A DNA stretch of 38,817 bases from Mesotaenium endlicherianum (taxonomy: Eukaryota), in assembly GCA_009602735.1 (NCBI GenBank), contig WELA01002961.1:1-38817 (forward strand), read 5' to 3'. The notes beneath the pieces were generated by a model. That model was not told the DNA's origin. It ran no database searches and saw nothing but the letters and a program-made list of their open reading frames with translations. A program made the translations under genes and the position numbers. This document shows positions 36,709 to 38,817 of the stretch, one piece after another (the stretch's first letter is position 1; the number at the start of each line of letters is the position of its first letter).

Positions 36709-37362
36709 TTAGCCAGGCATCCTGGAGATATACTTTTCAATTTCTTTAATCTGGTCGAGCACCTGTTTGGTGGTGGGTTTGCAGGCTTTGGCTCTGCGGA
36801 AGAAATCCTTCGCAGCGCGAAACTCACGCTTGTTCATGAAGATCTGGCACATGCTCAGGTAAGCCACGGCTTCGCTTTCTTTATCGGGTATGCCGGCGCG
36901 GATAGCGGCGCGGATATAGGATTCGCCTTGTTTCAGGTCGCCACGTTGCATGGCCATCATACCTAGTTGCAGTTTGTTGGCGCCTTCGGCTTCGGGCATG
37001 GGTGCGCCCAGCTCGGTGCTTTTCTTCAGGTGTTTTTCGGCGGTGTCGAAGTCCTGCTTCATCATGGCCAGGTTGCCCCTGATGGTATAGTAGGTAGAGC
37101 GTACGGGTTTGAACAGCAGGCCGGGAAACCAGATGGTGTTCAGTATTTTTTCTACTTCTTCAATATTGCCCTGCTCCATAGGTTCCTGGATAAGGCGCAG
37201 CGGACCAATGAAGAAATGACTGAACAAGCCTATTACGGCCACGAAATACAAGGGGAAAGTAGGCCAGAAACCGGTTCCGGTAACATTGAGTACCACAGCC
37301 ACTACCAACAGCAACAAACTCAGCCAGAAACGGTATTTGATGATGATATTATAAAACTTCAT
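36709..37362 (-). CDS. Membrane-anchored tetratricopeptide-repeat protein
   Basis: Two N-terminal TM helices followed by about 3 TPR-like repeats. Confidence 0.8.
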   Translation of the reverse strand: MKFYNIIIKYRFWLSLLLLVVAVVLNVTGTGFWPTFPLYFVAVIGLFSHFFIGPLRLIQEPMEQGNIEEVEKILNTIWFPGLLFKPVRSTYYTIRGNLAMMKQDFDTAEKHLKKSTELGAPMPEAEGANKLQLGMMAMQRGDLKQGESYIRAAIRAGIPDKESEAVAYLSMCQIFMNKREFRAAKDFFRRAKACKPTTKQVLDQIKEIEKYISRMPG

Positions 37363-37379
37363 AGTCCATTTTGAGGCTG

Positions 37380-37387
37380 CAAAGATA
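37380..37387 (-). promoter_or_regulatory. -7 promoter element of the TPR gene
   Basis: Minus strand TATCTTTG(CAGCC). Confidence 0.6.
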
Positions 37388-37395
37388 TAATACTT

Positions 37396-37424
37396 CCGTC
37401 ATCCCGAGCGTAGCCGAGGGACCT
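37396..37424. repeat. Second (single-arm) copy of the REP-like element
   Basis: CCGTCATCCCGAGCGTAGCCGAGGGACCT matches the reverse complement of 15418-15446 at 27 of 29 positions. Confidence 0.8.
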
Positions 37425-37442
37425 CATTAAAATTTCAGCAAT

Positions 37443-37919
37443 TTATGATCTGTCATCATTGATCTCAATCCAATACCCGTCTGGATCTTGTAGCCATATT
37501 TGCAGGATACCGTCGGGCCTCCTGGTAATGCCTTCCTCTTTTCCTGACACATCTTCCCATTTGATATGGTATTCTTTCAGTTTTGCGGTGAAAGCCCTTA
37601 CTGAGGGCACACTGAAGCAGATGTGGTTATTCTTAAAATGTTTGATGGGTGCATCTGCTCCCTGGATGATGTGGAGGGCGGCGTGTAGTCCGATGCGCAT
37701 CCAGATATGTTTGCCATCGTGGAAGGGTTCGGAAATGGTGTCGAGGCCAATGATGTTCTGGTAGAAGTTGCCCGATTTTTGCAGGTCTACTACGAAAATG
37801 GCCAGGTGGTTGATATTGGCTTTAAGACGATTGTCCTGTGCGTTGGCAGATTGCGTGCAGCAGCCTGCAACCATTAATGCCAGGAGCATGGTGCGCAGAT
37901 AGTTACGGTTCATTCTCAT
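37443..37919 (-). CDS. VOC/glyoxalase family protein with signal peptide
   Basis: INHLAIFVVDL..S..FY, HICF and QDPDGYWIEI motifs; start probably 37919 or 37913. Confidence 0.88.
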   Translation of the reverse strand: MRMNRNYLRTMLLALMVAGCCTQSANAQDNRLKANINHLAIFVVDLQKSGNFYQNIIGLDTISEPFHDGKHIWMRIGLHAALHIIQGADAPIKHFKNNHICFSVPSVRAFTAKLKEYHIKWEDVSGKEEGITRRPDGILQIWLQDPDGYWIEINDDRS

Positions 37920-37990
37920 AGGTTTAGACCTCAAATTACACAATCGCCGGTTAATTCATACATTATCTCCCTGTGAATAAGATAATCCAT

Positions 37991-37998
37991 TATTTTTG
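37991..37998 (+). promoter_or_regulatory. -7 promoter element of tRNA-Arg
   Basis: TATTTTTG(CAGCC) 40 nt upstream of the tRNA. Confidence 0.65.
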
Positions 37999-38038
37999 CA
38001 GCCGCTGAAACCGGATGGTATTGTGTTTCAGCAGGTTT

Positions 38039-38113
38039 GGTCCCGTAGTTCAATGGATAGAATAGAAGTTTCCTAAACTTTAGATACAAGTTCGATTCTT
38101 GTCGGGACTACCA
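38039..38113 (+). tRNA. tRNA-Arg(CCT)
   Basis: Acceptor stem GGTCCCG/CGGGACT, D-arm with TGG, anticodon arm GAAGT-TTCCTAA-ACTTT, T-arm ACAAG-TTCGATT-CTTGT, encoded CCA. Confidence 0.95.
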
Positions 38114-38161
38114 AAGCGGAATGATCTTTATAAAGAAGCTTTATTCCGCTTTTTTCTTTTT
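38113..38161 (+). terminator. Terminator after tRNA-Arg
   Basis: AAAGCGGAAT (38113-38122) / ATTCCGCTTT (38143-38152) stem followed by a long T-run. Confidence 0.65.
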
Positions 38162-38575
38162 CAAAAAGCCTTACCACACCTACATTATAGGAAAATATGG
38201 TATCTATTTTGGTGGTTCGATAATGGAAGGTTTGGGACTACAATACCCACAAATACTCATTAATGCTCCAAGAGGCTTAAAATGTCCATCCAAAATTGAG
38301 GGAGCATCGCAAAAAATTTGAGGTTTACTTTTACAAATTCGGAATCTTTTCAAATGTATCAAAACCGAACAGACAATGTAACGAAAGCGAACAGTTTCCC
38401 GAGTAGACAACACGCAAGTAGTTTAAAGTCAATACTTTTTCAAAGCGGCATATTTTTCAGGGTTTAAAGTTTACTTTTCTTTACCATATAATAAATGTTT
38501 GGCTGGCTATATTTTAATCTTGAACATTCAAAAGCCATTTTTGCGAAGCCAATGAATTTTTTATTGGAATAAATT

Positions 38576-38761
38576 ATGGGTATGATAAAAAGCTATTTTA
38601 AAACTGCCTGGCGCAATCTTATCAGGAACAAAGGATACAGCGCTATTAATATTGGGGGGCTTGCAATAGGTATGGCAATAGTGATCCTGATAAGCTTATG
38701 GATTGGGGATGAAGTATCATTTGATAAATATCATACTAATTCAGTGTTGTTTCGATGTTGA
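38576..38761 (+). pseudogene. Truncated MacB/FtsX-type ABC transporter permease (N-terminal fragment)
   Basis: MIKSYFKTAWRNLIRNKGYSAINIGGLAIGMA...DEVSFDKYH is the typical start of ~800-aa Bacteroidota permeases. Similarity ends near 38740 and a stop follows at 38759-38761. Confidence 0.8.
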
Positions 38762-38817
38762 ATAAAAAAGTTCTTTGAAATTATTGTCTGTATTGGGTTT
38801 CAGCGGATTTTGGAATG

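Noticed and set aside
38121..38413. Two short overlapping ORFs after the tRNA
   Set aside because: One begins within the terminator; neither has recognisable motifs.
1..38817. CRISPR array, rRNA or retron-type ncRNA
   Set aside because: I saw no regularly spaced direct repeats, rRNA-like sequence, or cas or reverse-transcriptase genes.

Overview
Bacteroidota chromosome segment, probably Chitinophagaceae-like (inferred from TAnnTTTG promoters, gene content and gene order). It has four parts. (1) 1-~10750 is an AT-richer, integrase-associated defence island. It holds the N-terminus of a tyrosine integrase (missed by the ORF track), an RloC/PrrC-like zinc-hook ABC ATPase with a C-terminal HEPN-like domain, an Mrr-like nuclease-STAND NTPase fusion, an ietAS-like AAA ATPase plus S8 protease pair, and a hypothetical gene. 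It ends in an att-like junction. (2) 11487-14394 is a translationally coupled three-gene operon: an unannotated 58-aa 'YIDPGSGS' membrane peptide, a NoeA-like kinase-fold/SAM-methyltransferase fusion, and a NoeB-like membrane alkaline-phosphatase-superfamily transferase. This is my best candidate for an undescribed system, possibly surface-glycan methyl-phosphate modification. (3) 14527-37919 is core genome: trmB, an Atl/MGMT-family gene, a complete alternative complex III (actABCDEF) plus cytochrome aa3 oxidase cluster, purN, a serine hydrolase, a TonB-dependent receptor/PepSY-like unit headed by a candidate ...HPP leader protein, and TPR and VOC proteins. (4) tRNA-Arg(CCT) is followed by AT-rich DNA with a truncated ABC permease. 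All calls come from motif recognition by eye; no database searches were run.
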